DNA of 64,000 nucleotides. Source: Epiperipatus broadwayi (lineage: Eukaryota > Animalia > Onychophora). A model generated the notes under the pieces. It searched no databases and was not told where the DNA came from. It saw only the letters and a list, made by a program, of their open reading frames with translations. The translations under genes and the position numbers were made by a program. Position 1 is the stretch's first letter; each line of letters begins with the position of its first letter. The stretch lies in contig JAQFVV010000007.1 of the NCBI GenBank assembly GCA_028023455.1, forward strand, positions 12,834,001-12,898,000, read 5' to 3'. Shown here in pieces: positions 26,001 to 37,080 of this stretch.

Positions 26001-27519
26001 TGTAACTGTATATTAATTGAAGCGCATTGATAAGGACAAACATTAATATTTGCTAAAAATAGTTTTTTTTGTGTGTATGGTTATTGTTATATATATTATT
26101 GCTGTTATATAAAGATATTTATATTATATCACTGATTGATTTAAATATATGTAAAAGCAGTATAATAGATTAAACTTTTTTTCATTTTTGATGATTATGT
26201 AATAAAAGGAAATATATGTAGATGATAAAGGGATGTTATTATGTAAAGATAAAAATATATTGTAAATTTTAATATATACATTTGTAGGTCCTTGAAAATG
26301 ACTACAAAGAAGTAGGTGAAACCTTGGAGATATTGGATATAAGTTTTGAATATGAGTGATTATTTTGTGCCATATTTTTTTAAAGAAACAAGGAGTTTTT
26401 ATTATTGTTTATTTTTTTAATAATGATAATAATGGCACTGTTTTTTAAAGTTATTGTTATAAACAAAATATTATGAATTGCGTTCCCTGTATAATAAAAA
26501 GAATTCATAAAATAATATTCATTTACTAGTGATACAAATATCTGTCAAATATTATAACGATTTTTGCTGCAGTCTAAATAAGTAATTAATAGTGAAAGTT
26601 TCAGTTTCACTTATAGTATTTTTTTTGCGGGGGGGGGGTGTCTTGTAATATTAATAATCTACAATTTTAAATTATTTAAATATTCGTTAAAAATCTATTC
26701 TCTGTTGTAAAATTAATGCATTATAAATGTCGACTATCATAAGTCATTTTAAATATTGTTATTTAAGATTTAGAGTCTCGTGGTATAATGGTTAATGTAT
26801 TCAGGCTTGGCAAGACTGAAAACATTTTTTCATTTTCCAAATAGGCTTTTTTTTATTTTCAAATATTTTTTCGTTAGTTTATATATTAGTTTATCTAATT
26901 ACTAGTCTTTATATTAGTATGACAAATATATAATAGCCCTTAAGACTGGCATAAATAATAAAAAAGTCTATTCATTTTGCACGTTCATCTTTAATATATA
27001 AATTCTTATGCATGTTAAACTAATCTGAGGTTCCAAACAGGCTGTCCTTACTGGCCTTGTACCTTTTTATAAGATATCCAAACTTCTGCTTTTGATTTTT
27101 GCAAATATAGTTATCTTCATTGCTAATCACCATCTAAGTTGTGGAATGTTGCAAGATTATTTTTTTTATTCATCTCTGTAAGTATAGTTAAATACTTTCA
27201 TTTCGATTTTCAGTTACACAACAATTTTCTATTCTTTTATCAAATAAGCTTTCAGGCTTGTATTTTCAAAAGAAATCATTTGTAATGATTTTGCTTAACT
27301 CTGTTGTTACTGCTGTACTATTTTATAGTTATTTAAAAATTCAAATCTCACATTTATCTTTACATTTTTTTTACAGAAATAGTTACTAACCAGTCATTAC
27401 ATTTGTATGTATTCTTAACTAGAGGATAAACTAAAGGAGAAAAAACATTAAAATATATGGCACTTGGTTCCTTTGAGGAATAATGTCTTCAGTTTTCACT
27501 AATCATTTTTGGTTGGCTG

Positions 27520-28188
27520 TCAGAATATGTCTGAAAGTTTCGGATCTTCTTCTTAATAGTTAGGTATTAGATAAATGCTTTGAATCTGATGTTCTAATTC
27601 CTTACTGAAGAGAACCATAGCTTGAAACCAGTCTGTGGATGGGTATAAACATAGATAAAAGATTTGAATGCTTTCTGTTATAGCATTTATCATTAAATAA
27701 TAAATAAAAAAAGAATAAAATAAGCTTGTTTAGAAATATTTTCTCTTTATTACATATTGGTAATTACAAGCTATATAGGTCATGTGATTTATCACTTGAT
27801 TTTGTTATTATTATAATTTTGGTTATTGAAGCTTTGGATATATTAAATTGTTAATGCTATTAATATATGGAGTATCTGAATTTAGCTCAGACTCATATAG
27901 CTATTTCAGTTGGAGAGCTAAATATGAAGACATTACATGTCTGAAAGTTTCATATCTTCTTCTTAATAGCTGAGTTAGATAAGTGCTTGGTTACAATTGG
28001 TATTTTTTGAATCTAATGTACTATCTCCTCACTGAAGAGAACCATAGCTTGAAACTGGTTTGGGGATAGGGACAATGATAGAAAAATATTTGTATGGTTT
28101 TTCTTATAGCATTTATCATAAAAAAATAAAATAAAAAAGAAATAAGAATAAAATAAGCTTGTTTAGAAATATTTGCTCTTTATTATAT
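27520..28188 (+). repeat. Subfamily B hammerhead repeat, diverged tandem dimer (about 427-bp period)
   Basis: CTGAAGA-GAAC-CATA-GCTT-GAAAC occurs at 27605 and 28032 with matching flanks. The second copy reads CUCCUCA/CUGAAGA..GAAA-CUGG-UU/UGGGG. Confidence 0.85.
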
Positions 28189-29234
28189 AACTATAATATT
28201 AAAAACTTTACAGTGCAAATTAATATGTAACCATATTTGAAGCAAAAACATGCCAAATTTATGTATCTAAGCTACATGAAATACCTCACTATAATAAAAT
28301 TTGATTGTAAATAGATTTCATTTTGGCTTTTGATGTAAGGCATTGTATAAAAACCCAATTTAGACATTTTTTCTATATAAGAACTTAAGCTACAAATGGA
28401 AGTGAAATATATTTTCAACAATGCAGCAAAATATGAGTTACTGAGATGAGACTGTATATTTTTTAGATAGCAATTATTTTAAATGTCTTCATTCCAAATA
28501 TAGTTCCATAATATTTTGCATTGCAAAGTTTAAGAAAGAGAATTTATTCATCCACAAGGTTATTAAATTCTAATAATTTTAACATGCTCTTAAATAAATT
28601 ACCTAAATTACCACATATGTAATGTTGATAACATAAAATTGTTCATAGAACAGTTAAGTAGATAATATTTTCATAGTAATTCACAAGACATATTTCCTAA
28701 GAATTATTTAACTAAACTTACAAATCTTGTAGCAATGGTAATTTTTTTGTTAGATTAAAAAAGACCACTTTCTTGTGCCTCACATTGTTATATAGTAATA
28801 AATTACATATTGATACTCAAAAACTAAAAAAATTATTAGTGCCACATTATTTGCTTTTTTAAGTGTCAATATTTGATTTATTACTATATAATAATGTGGA
28901 ACAGATAAAAGTAGTCATTTTGATCTAACAAATAAATTGTCATTGATAAGAAAAAATGATATTTATTTTCAAGTTATTAAAATGATCTTTTAGGAATCAG
29001 ATAAGTAATAATATTAAAATATGAATGCATAGTAACAGAAATATGTATCAAACTTAATTAGACATATTAACATTCCTTTACAGCAGGCATTTGTCCCTAT
29101 TGGCTTCTTACAAAGAAAAGTGGAATCTGTTTTGATCAATGCAGCAATTAGATGTCATGGTTTCATAGCTTTGCATATTATTTAGATACTGTGTCTGAAA
29201 TTTCTTTACTCTGTATATACTTATATATTAAAGG

Positions 29235-29695
29235 CAAGCTGCACAATTTGTGTATTGTTTTATTAATTATTATAACACCCTTGAAGACTTTTGCAATATA
29301 ATATTGCCTTAGCTATTAATATTATATGGTGAAATTGAACTGACTTCAGACCCATATAGCTATCTTGTTTGTAAGGCTGGATTTGAAGACATTTACATGT
29401 TTGAAAAATTCAAGTTTTTAAACTGATAGTAATGTATTAAATAAGTGCTCTGAGTTGGAGTTTTAGATCTAGTTTCTGAAATCCTAACTGTTCACTGAGG
29501 TGAGCCATTAAGCTCGAAACAATTTGGTCTGGAGATGAGGATTTTCCTATAAAGATTTTGAATTCTTTCTTTGTTGGCACTTATAATCAAAGCTTGTTTG
29601 GAGCTAGTGGTAAGCTCCATCTAGTGAACATTTTAGCACAAGATTAAAGTTAAGTTGCACATTTTGTGTCTTGTTTTATCAATTATATATTAATT
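29235..29695 (+). repeat. Subfamily B monomer with terminal redundancy (about 416-bp period)
   Basis: AG(C/T)TGCACA..TTGTGT.TTGTTTTAT occurs at about 29238 and 29654. The internal CAGACCCATAT block and a hammerhead CTGAGGT-GAGC-CATTAA-GCTC-GAAAC (A9 mutated) lie at 29490-29534. Confidence 0.8.
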
Positions 29696-30699
29696 TAAAG
29701 ATATATAGGATAGTAGTAAATCCAGAGATGCAAAGTAGTAGGGAGAAAAAGTAGAAAGGGAAAAAATAAAACATTTTTATAATACTTTTTTTTCTATAAA
29801 TATCTATATATGCTTTTAAGAGTAGCAATTTTCACTGTATCCTGTACTTCACTCTGTTACAAAATACATAATCAGTAGACACTACAAAACTTCACTATTA
29901 GTTTAAATACTCTAATTTATAAAACAAAATAAGCGTATGTCACGCTTGAATGTGAAGCTATAATAAGAGGTCCTTTACCTTTATTTAATAGCGAAGCATG
30001 ACTTTTAGTAAAGAAAATAATATTTACTTAATTGAAAATATTTCTCTAAGCTTGATGAGATTTATTAAATATTATCTATCTTTCAGCTAAATGATAATTA
30101 GAGTAATGACAATAGCATATAAAGAATTACACAAACCAGGGATGTTCAAAATAAGAGGTAATGATAAACATACTTTTTTCATGTTTGATTTGATGTGCGG
30201 TTGATCATATTTTAGTGTAACTATATTTACTAAATAAGTAATTATTATGGAAGTTCACATTGAGCACCCAAGCTTCAGATTGAGAATAATTGTTGTGGGA
30301 AATGGACAGATTAGAGATTTTTTTTGACTTTATAGAATTCAAAATAGTTCTTTTAAATCTTTAGTTCTTGATTCTATCTATCTGTCACTGTGATAAAAAG
30401 CTTGAGCATTTAATGTTCTTATCAGATGAGGAGAGACTCTAAATTAACTGAAATTGTCATCTGGTAAGTGTACCTGATATCCTGCAGACTTCTGCTGTTA
30501 CATATTTCTTATGGGAACCATTTTTCATCTATCTGCCAAATTCTTTTACCATGCAAAATCATGATGCCAAATAGCACATTTTTTTAAAATGTGTTTCACA
30601 TAGTTGGAATAATGTAAAATTCTGTTTTCCTTTAGGAAAAATGGCAGGGAAAACAGTGCAATGCTTCAAACAGATAACAAAAAGATTTTCTGGGAAGAA

Positions 30700-30930
30700 C
30701 ACAAGTTTACAAATGATTTAATAAAATTATCAAATTCACCATGTTCGATAAAAGCATGGCAAGTATGTCCAATGTCAAAATAATGCTGATATTTTTTTAT
30801 GATCCAAACAACACTTTTCTTTTAAAATTAGTTCTTAATGGACAGACATTGTATCTACAAGTTCTGAACAAGTTCTGGAATGTTTGCATGATGTGTATAA
30901 TGTAAACATTCCATTCTGAAGAAAGGTAAA
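30700..30930 (+). mobile_element. Mariner transposase catalytic-domain fragment
   Basis: NSPCSIKAWQV followed, after a frameshift, by SNVKIMLIFFYD..GQTLYLQVL (cf. SPRPKKARQVRSNVKTMLIVFFD..GQTVN..YLEVL). Confidence 0.7.
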
Positions 30931-31827
30931 GAGAACAGTCTTTACCACAGCAGTCTTGAGTATAAAACAATATTTAATTAAATTCAACATAACCTAGCTT
31001 ATATATCAGTTATTTTCATTCTATCTCTAATTGTGTGCTACTTTTTATTTTCTCTAATAAAAAATGTCTCAATTTTCATTTTGGCTGACTTAGATGTGAA
31101 AAAAATGATGCACATGTTAAAAGACTTCACTTGTGTTTCAAGATTACTTCAGAAAGTGAAAAACATGTTTAGACTGGTATGTTGGATTTAATGGTCAGTA
31201 CTTCGAAGGAGATTAAATTTATAACACTTAAGGATATATTCTGGTATTACTATTTATTCTTTTATCCATGCATTTAATATTTATTTACTGGAAAAGACAC
31301 TTGTTGATAAATCATTTAAAACTTATTTCAATTTATCTACTTACAGCTTTTTAATACTTTTTTTAACTACCTTTTTTTCCAAATTCATAACCTACACTTA
31401 CAAATCTTTCCTCCTATCCTGGAACATTCTGATATTTGTATATTGTTATTTCCAATTGCATCCCAATTCATAAAAAAAAAAAAAAATAGAAAGCAATTAT
31501 AACAAATTGATAAATTAACAATAAATGGATGAATTTTTTTCACAATATTGTCTATCACTAAGAATGGAACATTTTTATTAGTCTTGGTTAATTATATATA
31601 CTCTTTGTTATGATTCTAACATGTCATTGATAAGAACATTATGTTGAAGCCAATCAAAAGAATAATATCAATTCTCCTCAGTAGATCACATTAAAATTTA
31701 AGAAGAATTGGTAGCAAAGATCAACAACTATGAATTGTCATTCTGCATTGGATTATTAGGTTATGAAAAAATTATGTGACCTCATAAACATTTCTGATTT
31801 AATTTAAACTTAAAATGGCCAACATAT

Positions 31828-34178
31828 TGTAATGGTCGCTGGCTCTCTCTAACCGCATTGAGCATGACATGCATTTTCTGAGATCGAGCAGCAATTAAGA
31901 AATATTCGAAGGCATCCAAAATATACATTACTATAATCATACCTTTGAAAGGTTCATTTACTGCAACCTTTACGTGCCACCTTAAGAAAGAGATTGCGCT
32001 CCTGCCTAAAAGATATGATCATGTAATAAGAAAAGAGCTATAATCTCTTATAAAAAATCAATAGAAAGTGAATGCCTAACGAATGATTCCTGATCCCGGT
32101 AAGTTTAATCCCTGACTAGCTCAATCAACTCATGATCTCGGGATGGTGGTTTGTTGCTTCGTTAACAGAAAAGGTCAAACACTAATATCATTATCAAATA
32201 CACAGCACAACTCCGTACTTTAAAATTAGATATTAAATTTATTAAGTCCTCTATGATTATAAAAATATTTACAAAATAATAAATGATAGTAATTAAAATT
32301 CAAGTGTATAATAAATTTTAAAGTTTCATGAATGGGAAAGGAATGGTCTGAAATTCTCCCCTGCTTACACTTTAAACTCAAAACAAAATTTCTTATAAAG
32401 CAATGTGTATTGGCCATAGTATGTATGTGTTTCATAATAATACAAAAAAAATGAGTTAGCCACGAGTTAATGATAGTAGAATCTTAAGTGTTCCAAAATC
32501 TGAGTCCTGCATGTGGCAAACAATAATAATTATTTGGAATGCTGTCTTACATACTTTTATTCCTTATAAAACAATCCTGCTCTTAGCGGATGGAAAAAAT
32601 TTTCTATTATTTCAAAGTGAAACACATACATCCAATGACCAAACCACCCAATTATTTCTATTTAACTATTTTGAAATATTTCATGTTTACTTTATCGATT
32701 CTTTTATAATTTATTTAGATACTCCAATGAATTACGTGTAGCTTTATGTTAAAATTACAAACAAAATATTTATGACTGAATTACGCAATTCATTGGTTCA
32801 TTTAGTAATAGCAATTTAAGTCAAATGACGAATTACTCATAATAAGACATAAAAAAAACAAAATATAAAAAAAACATAAACAATACTTCCTGAAGTCTTC
32901 GTTCTTCTCTGGGCTATGATTTTGAGGGCGATATATATCTGCTGTACAGGTGATTACTTCACAGGGCCTATATGGAGGTTGGCAAATTGTCCATAGCAGC
33001 TACACTTTCAGAAATGGAAAGTCACATCACTGGATGGCTATATAGGACTCCAAGCTGTGCGAATGTACCGAACTTGGTTTTCTACTCCATATCCATTGCT
33101 GAATCACGAATAAATCCTGATTCCATTTCCTTAGCGATCTACAACATTAGGTTAAATTTCAATTGTATTTTTCTTTTTCAGTCAATGAATATCATATTTC
33201 TTGGTCTGATTCTTTTAAAAATACGTTCAGCTTTCCGAATAAATAGTTTTTACACTCCTAATTCTTTTTCTTTTCCTTTTGTCTGTACACTCCGGAAACT
33301 ATACTGCTAACGGGTAAGAGTGCCCGTGTGAGTATCAACCAATGTAACCCAGCTAACTAACTAAATTTTACCTGACCAGCCTTTATATATCCCCCCCCCA
33401 TTACAGGGTGTATTCTCTCATCCCCTCCACAAGTTATTGCTTTTACATTTCTGTTTTTAATTAAACAATTCCAAACAATGGATTTAATTTTAGCTATCTT
33501 TTAATTAATTTCAGAATTTCACAAACCATTTAAATTCCAATCCCTTGATTTCTTTAAACAATAAAGTAAAATTACATTTATCTAATTAAATAATTTTGAA
33601 TAGGTGTCAAGCCGAATAACCACTGATACAATTTCTACACTTGTTTTCCAAAAACATTATACGATAAAAGAAAGAGGTCATTAGCTTGCCTGCGGTCATG
33701 AACATTAAGTTGTAAAAAAAAAATTATAAAACTGTATACTTGTTGTCACATAAAAATTGTTTTTGAGTTTTCCAAAAAAGAATATTCAACAAGCAACAGA
33801 AAAAAAAATACAACATTTGAGAATCTAAAATAAAATAAAATCAAAATAAAATATGTTTACTGTTGGGTTATTTGCAAATACATTTCAGTTTTCCATAAGA
33901 ATTTCTTTAACCCTCTGCCATATTTATTCATATCATAAATAAAAAAACATAGCATTTATTAACAGCAAAATACACATTTATATGTGGTGTCCACATTTGT
34001 TTATTTATAGGTGTATTATCACCATTCATCCTATTTATTTTAAATATAGTGTGTGTGTAAGCAACAGAGAAATATACCTGCACAGACCACTCCTTTTATT
34101 ATAATACGTACATTTGTTTGGACTGCAACTAATGCTTGCAATCAACTTTGTGGCAGTCATTTAAAACTGACTATCACA
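31828..34178 (-). repeat. Gypsy 3' LTR (about 2.35 kb)
   Basis: Sense start TGTGATAG at 34178 directly after the PPT. The end at 31828 (..CCATTACA) is inferred from the canonical terminus and the ATAT TSD; only 32583-34178 can be checked against the other LTR. Confidence 0.75.
33381..33390 (-). promoter_or_regulatory. TATA-box candidate in Gypsy LTR (also 42655-42664)
   Basis: ATATATAAAG on the element's sense strand, at the same position in both LTRs. Confidence 0.55.
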
Positions 34179-34181
34179 ATA

Positions 34182-34193
34182 CCCCCCTCCCTT
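34182..34193 (-). other. Polypurine tract (PPT)
   Basis: AAGGGAGGGGGG lies 3 nt upstream of the 3' LTR start. Confidence 0.9.
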
Positions 34194-34555
34194 AATGAGA
34201 CTTCTAAATGGGTTGAACATTTAAAGTCTATATTACATTACTTTCACTTATACCTAATATTATTGATGAATATACTGGTTCATTACAATTAAAAAAGAAA
34301 TATTAGTTTGACTATATACGATTGTGTTATTAATAATGAAAATAAAAATCTTAAGGGATATACTAATTTAGATCTAATACTAATGAATATACTAGTTTAT
34401 TATATATGTAACAAAAAAAAAATATCGGTTTATACTTAACTATATATATATATATATTCAAAAGATGGCGCTTTACCAAAACCACCGAACAAGTGTAAAA
34501 TTTGTTTACATAAACGAAAAAAGAGTCAGAATTAACTACCTCTTTCATTTGCTCA

Positions 34556-34602
34556 CCCCCAGATCAGCTGATTTCAAGCTGGTTTGCTCTCCTCAGTGAG
34601 GG
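34556..34602 (-). ncRNA. Type I hammerhead ribozyme, intact
   Basis: CCCUCA | CUGAGGA | GAGC-aaacca-GCUU | GAAA | UCAGCUGA | UC / UGGGGG. All core nucleotides present, helix I 6 bp, AUC triplet, predicted cut between 34562 and 34561. Confidence 0.88.
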
Positions 34603-34969
34603 ATAGAGTATAGAAACTAGATCTAAACACTGACTCTCAAGTGTTTATGCAAAACGTTTCTATCAGATTGCAAGCGTGAATTTTTCAGACCGGTAAAGTC
34701 TTCAAACTCAGCCTAGCAAGCCAAATATTTATATGGGTCTGATCTCAGTTCAGTATCACCATATAATCAAAGTCTCTGCAATATATATCATTGCAAAAAA
34801 ACTTTAAAGGTACATTTATGAAAAACAGAAACAAGTTACTCACGTAACCTGCTATCACTTGTTATTTATGTTCAAAAGATGGCGCTTTACCAAAACCACC
34901 GAACAAGTGTAAAATTTGTTTACATAAACGAAAAAAGAGTCAGAATTAACTACCTCTTTCATTTGCTCC

Positions 34970-35016
34970 CCCCCAGATCAGCTGATTTCAAGCTGGTTTG
35001 CTCTCCTCAGTGAGGG
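34970..35016 (-). ncRNA. Type I hammerhead ribozyme, intact (second unit)
   Basis: Same sequence as 34556-34602, 414 bp away; predicted cut between 34976 and 34975. Confidence 0.88.
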
Positions 35017-35672
35017 ATAGAGTATAGAAACTAGATCTAAACACTGACTCTCAAGTGTTTATGCAAAACGTTTCTATCAGATTGCAAGCGTGAATTTTTC
35101 AGACCGGTAAAGTCTTCAAACTCAGCCTAGCAAGCAAGATATTTATATGGGTCTGATCTCAGTTCAGTATCACCATATAATCAAAGTCTCTGCAATATAT
35201 ATCATTGCAAGAAAACTTTAAAGGTACATTTATGAAAAACAAAAACAAGTTACTCACGTAACCTGCTATCACTTGTTATTTATGTTCAAAAGATGGCGCT
35301 TTACCAAAACCACCGAACAAGTGTAAAATTTGTTTACATAAATGAAAAAAGAGTCAGAATTTTACACTTGTTTGGTGGTTTTGGTAAAGCGCCATCTTTT
35401 GAACATAAATAACAAGTGATAGCAGGTTACGTGAGTAACTTGTTTTTGTTTTTCATAAATGTACCTTTAAAGTTTTCTTGCAATGATATATATTGCAGAG
35501 ACTTTGATTATATGGTGATACTGAACTGAGATCAGACCCATATAAAATATCTGGCTTGCTAGGCTGAGTTTGAAGACTTTACCGGTCTGAAAAATTCACG
35601 CTTGCAATCTGATAGAAACGTTTTGCATAAACACTTGAGAGTCAGTGTTTAGATCTAGTTTCTATACTCTAT

Positions 35673-35719
35673 CCCTCACTGAGGAGAGCAAACCATCTTG
35701 AAATCAGCTGATCTGGGGG
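35673..35719 (+). ncRNA. Type I hammerhead ribozyme in the inverted unit
   Basis: Same motif, but one substitution gives helix II GAGC/UCUU (a C.U mismatch). Confidence 0.8.
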
Positions 35720-36056
35720 TGAGCAAATGAAAGAGGTAGTTAATTTTGACTCTTTTTTCGTTTATGTAAACAAATTTTACACTTGTTCGGTGGTTTTGGT
35801 AAAGCGCCATCTTTTGAACATAAATAACAAGTGATAGCAGGTTACGTGAGTAACTTGTTTTTGTTTTTCATATATATATATATACAGTTGTGTTATTAGA
35901 AAATGAAAATCAAAATCTTAAAGAATATATACATACGCATCACCACAGCATTCTACAATTTCAAATGGACTTTCATATAAGTTGAAAAATTTTTTAAATT
36001 GAGATTTTTCTGGGACGCTGACATGGGGTGTACGAATCATCACTTTATCCCTGACC

Positions 36057-37076
36057 TTAAAGTGATGCTGTGATGGGCATTTTTTTTTGTCTTTGGTGGC
36101 TCATTTTCCACATCTGGGCCCATACTCTTCCCTTGTTCTTCTCCATGTCAATGGGTTTTTCTATGTTCCCTGAGAATTCAGTGTCGAATAGTTTTGGAAC
36201 AGGTTTTCCAAAATGCAGCTGTATTGGTGGGAGTCCTGTAGATTCATTTGCTGACCAATTAATAAAATTGAGTATCAGTGGCAATTGTTTGACCCATCCC
36301 CTATGATTTGTAGGCAGGTATGTGCAGAACAGTCTTCCCAACTCCCTCATAACCCATTCGCATGGATTGCTTTGAGGGTTCCTGATGGATGTAAGGGTGT
36401 GTTTAATTCCTCGCCTTGCCATCCATTTATTCCATTCCTCTGATACAAATGGGGTTCCATGATCAGATAAAATTGATTTTGGCTTTCCGACCTGCGGGAA
36501 ATGCAGAGAATCTAATACCCTAATAGTTTCTTTTGTCGTGGTCCTGGACAAAAGATATGCTGCAACCCACTTTGAAAATAGGTCATATACCACCAATAAG
36601 TATTTCTTTCTATTAAAAGGGGGCAGAGGACCATAAAAGTCAATGGCCATGATTTCATTAGGGTTCTTAGGGATGATTGATTTCATGTGACTAGTGTATG
36701 ATTTATTCTGTGGCTTTGCCTGTTGACATACTTCACATTTGTTTAATGTGGCAATTATATCTCTGTGCATCCCTGGCCAGTAAAACCACCGTTGAAGGCA
36801 GTATTTTGTTTTGTAAGTACCGTAATGTTCATACAATTTGTGGATGTCAGTGATGAGAGAGTTCCTCATTTGGGGTGGTACCATCATTCTCCAATCCTCG
36901 CTCTCTTCTTGAATTCGATAATATAACATGCCTTTGTCAATTTTATATCTCTGTGTATTTGTTTTTCCTGGTGATTTCTGGCATTGAGTCATAATTTGAC
37001 ATAGCTTTTTGTCTTCATGTTGTTTTTCAGTCAGTTGAGATAGATGTTTCTCGATGCTTTCACCACTGCAGGACAC
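36057..37076 (-). CDS. pol: Gypsy integrase (frameshifted GPY/F-like tail continues to about 35890)
   Basis: HKLYEH..CEVC zinc motif; IDFYGP, SDHG and NPCE give D,D,E. A shifted frame continues FKVRDKV..YESPFEIV. Confidence 0.93.
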   Translation of the reverse strand: MSCSGESIEKHLSQLTEKQHEDKKLCQIMTQCQKSPGKTNTQRYKIDKGMLYYRIQEESEDWRMMVPPQMRNSLITDIHKLYEHYGTYKTKYCLQRWFYWPGMHRDIIATLNKCEVCQQAKPQNKSYTSHMKSIIPKNPNEIMAIDFYGPLPPFNRKKYLLVVYDLFSKWVAAYLLSRTTTKETIRVLDSLHFPQVGKPKSILSDHGTPFVSEEWNKWMARRGIKHTLTSIRNPQSNPCEWVMRELGRLFCTYLPTNHRGWVKQLPLILNFINWSANESTGLPPIQLHFGKPVPKLFDTEFSGNIEKPIDMEKNKGRVWAQMWKMSHQRQKKMPITASL

Positions 37077-37080
37077 AATA

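Larger units (their letters stand above)
24325..26360 (-). mobile_element. Decayed Penelope-like element: RT fragment, 3' pLTR-like repeats and inverted pLTR copy
   Basis: Minus strand 25350-25140 gives KHIDDI, QIDF*HI and KLDALSFMDTSC in order (cf. PLE RYIDDI, INFLD, KPTDxHxYLxxxSxHP). About 24435-24575 is the reverse complement of about 26197-26345, and a further tandem copy sits 104 bp to the left. These repeats carry decayed minimal-hammerhead motifs. Confidence 0.6.
34457..35872. repeat. Young retrozyme-like array: 414-bp units in tandem (34457-34870, 34871-35284, partial to about 35360) plus inverted copy (about 35358-35872), flanked by (TA)n
   Basis: TTCAAAAGATGGCG recurs at 34457, 34871 and 35285. 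The units differ at only a few positions. The strand switches at an AATT microhomology near 35358. Confidence 0.97.

Noticed and set aside
26775-26815. tRNA gene or SINE head (GTCTCGTGGTATAATGGTTAA)
   Set aside because: A-box-like only; no B box or cloverleaf follows.
32972-33310. 112-aa ORF repeated at 42246-42512
   Set aside because: It lies antisense within the LTR, is repeated only because the LTR is, is truncated by a stop in the second copy, and has no recognisable motif.
34457-35360. CRISPR array or ordinary satellite
   Set aside because: Eukaryotic context, whole 414-bp units repeat with no unique spacers, and the low copy number with an inverted arm and ribozyme fits a retro-mobilised unit better.
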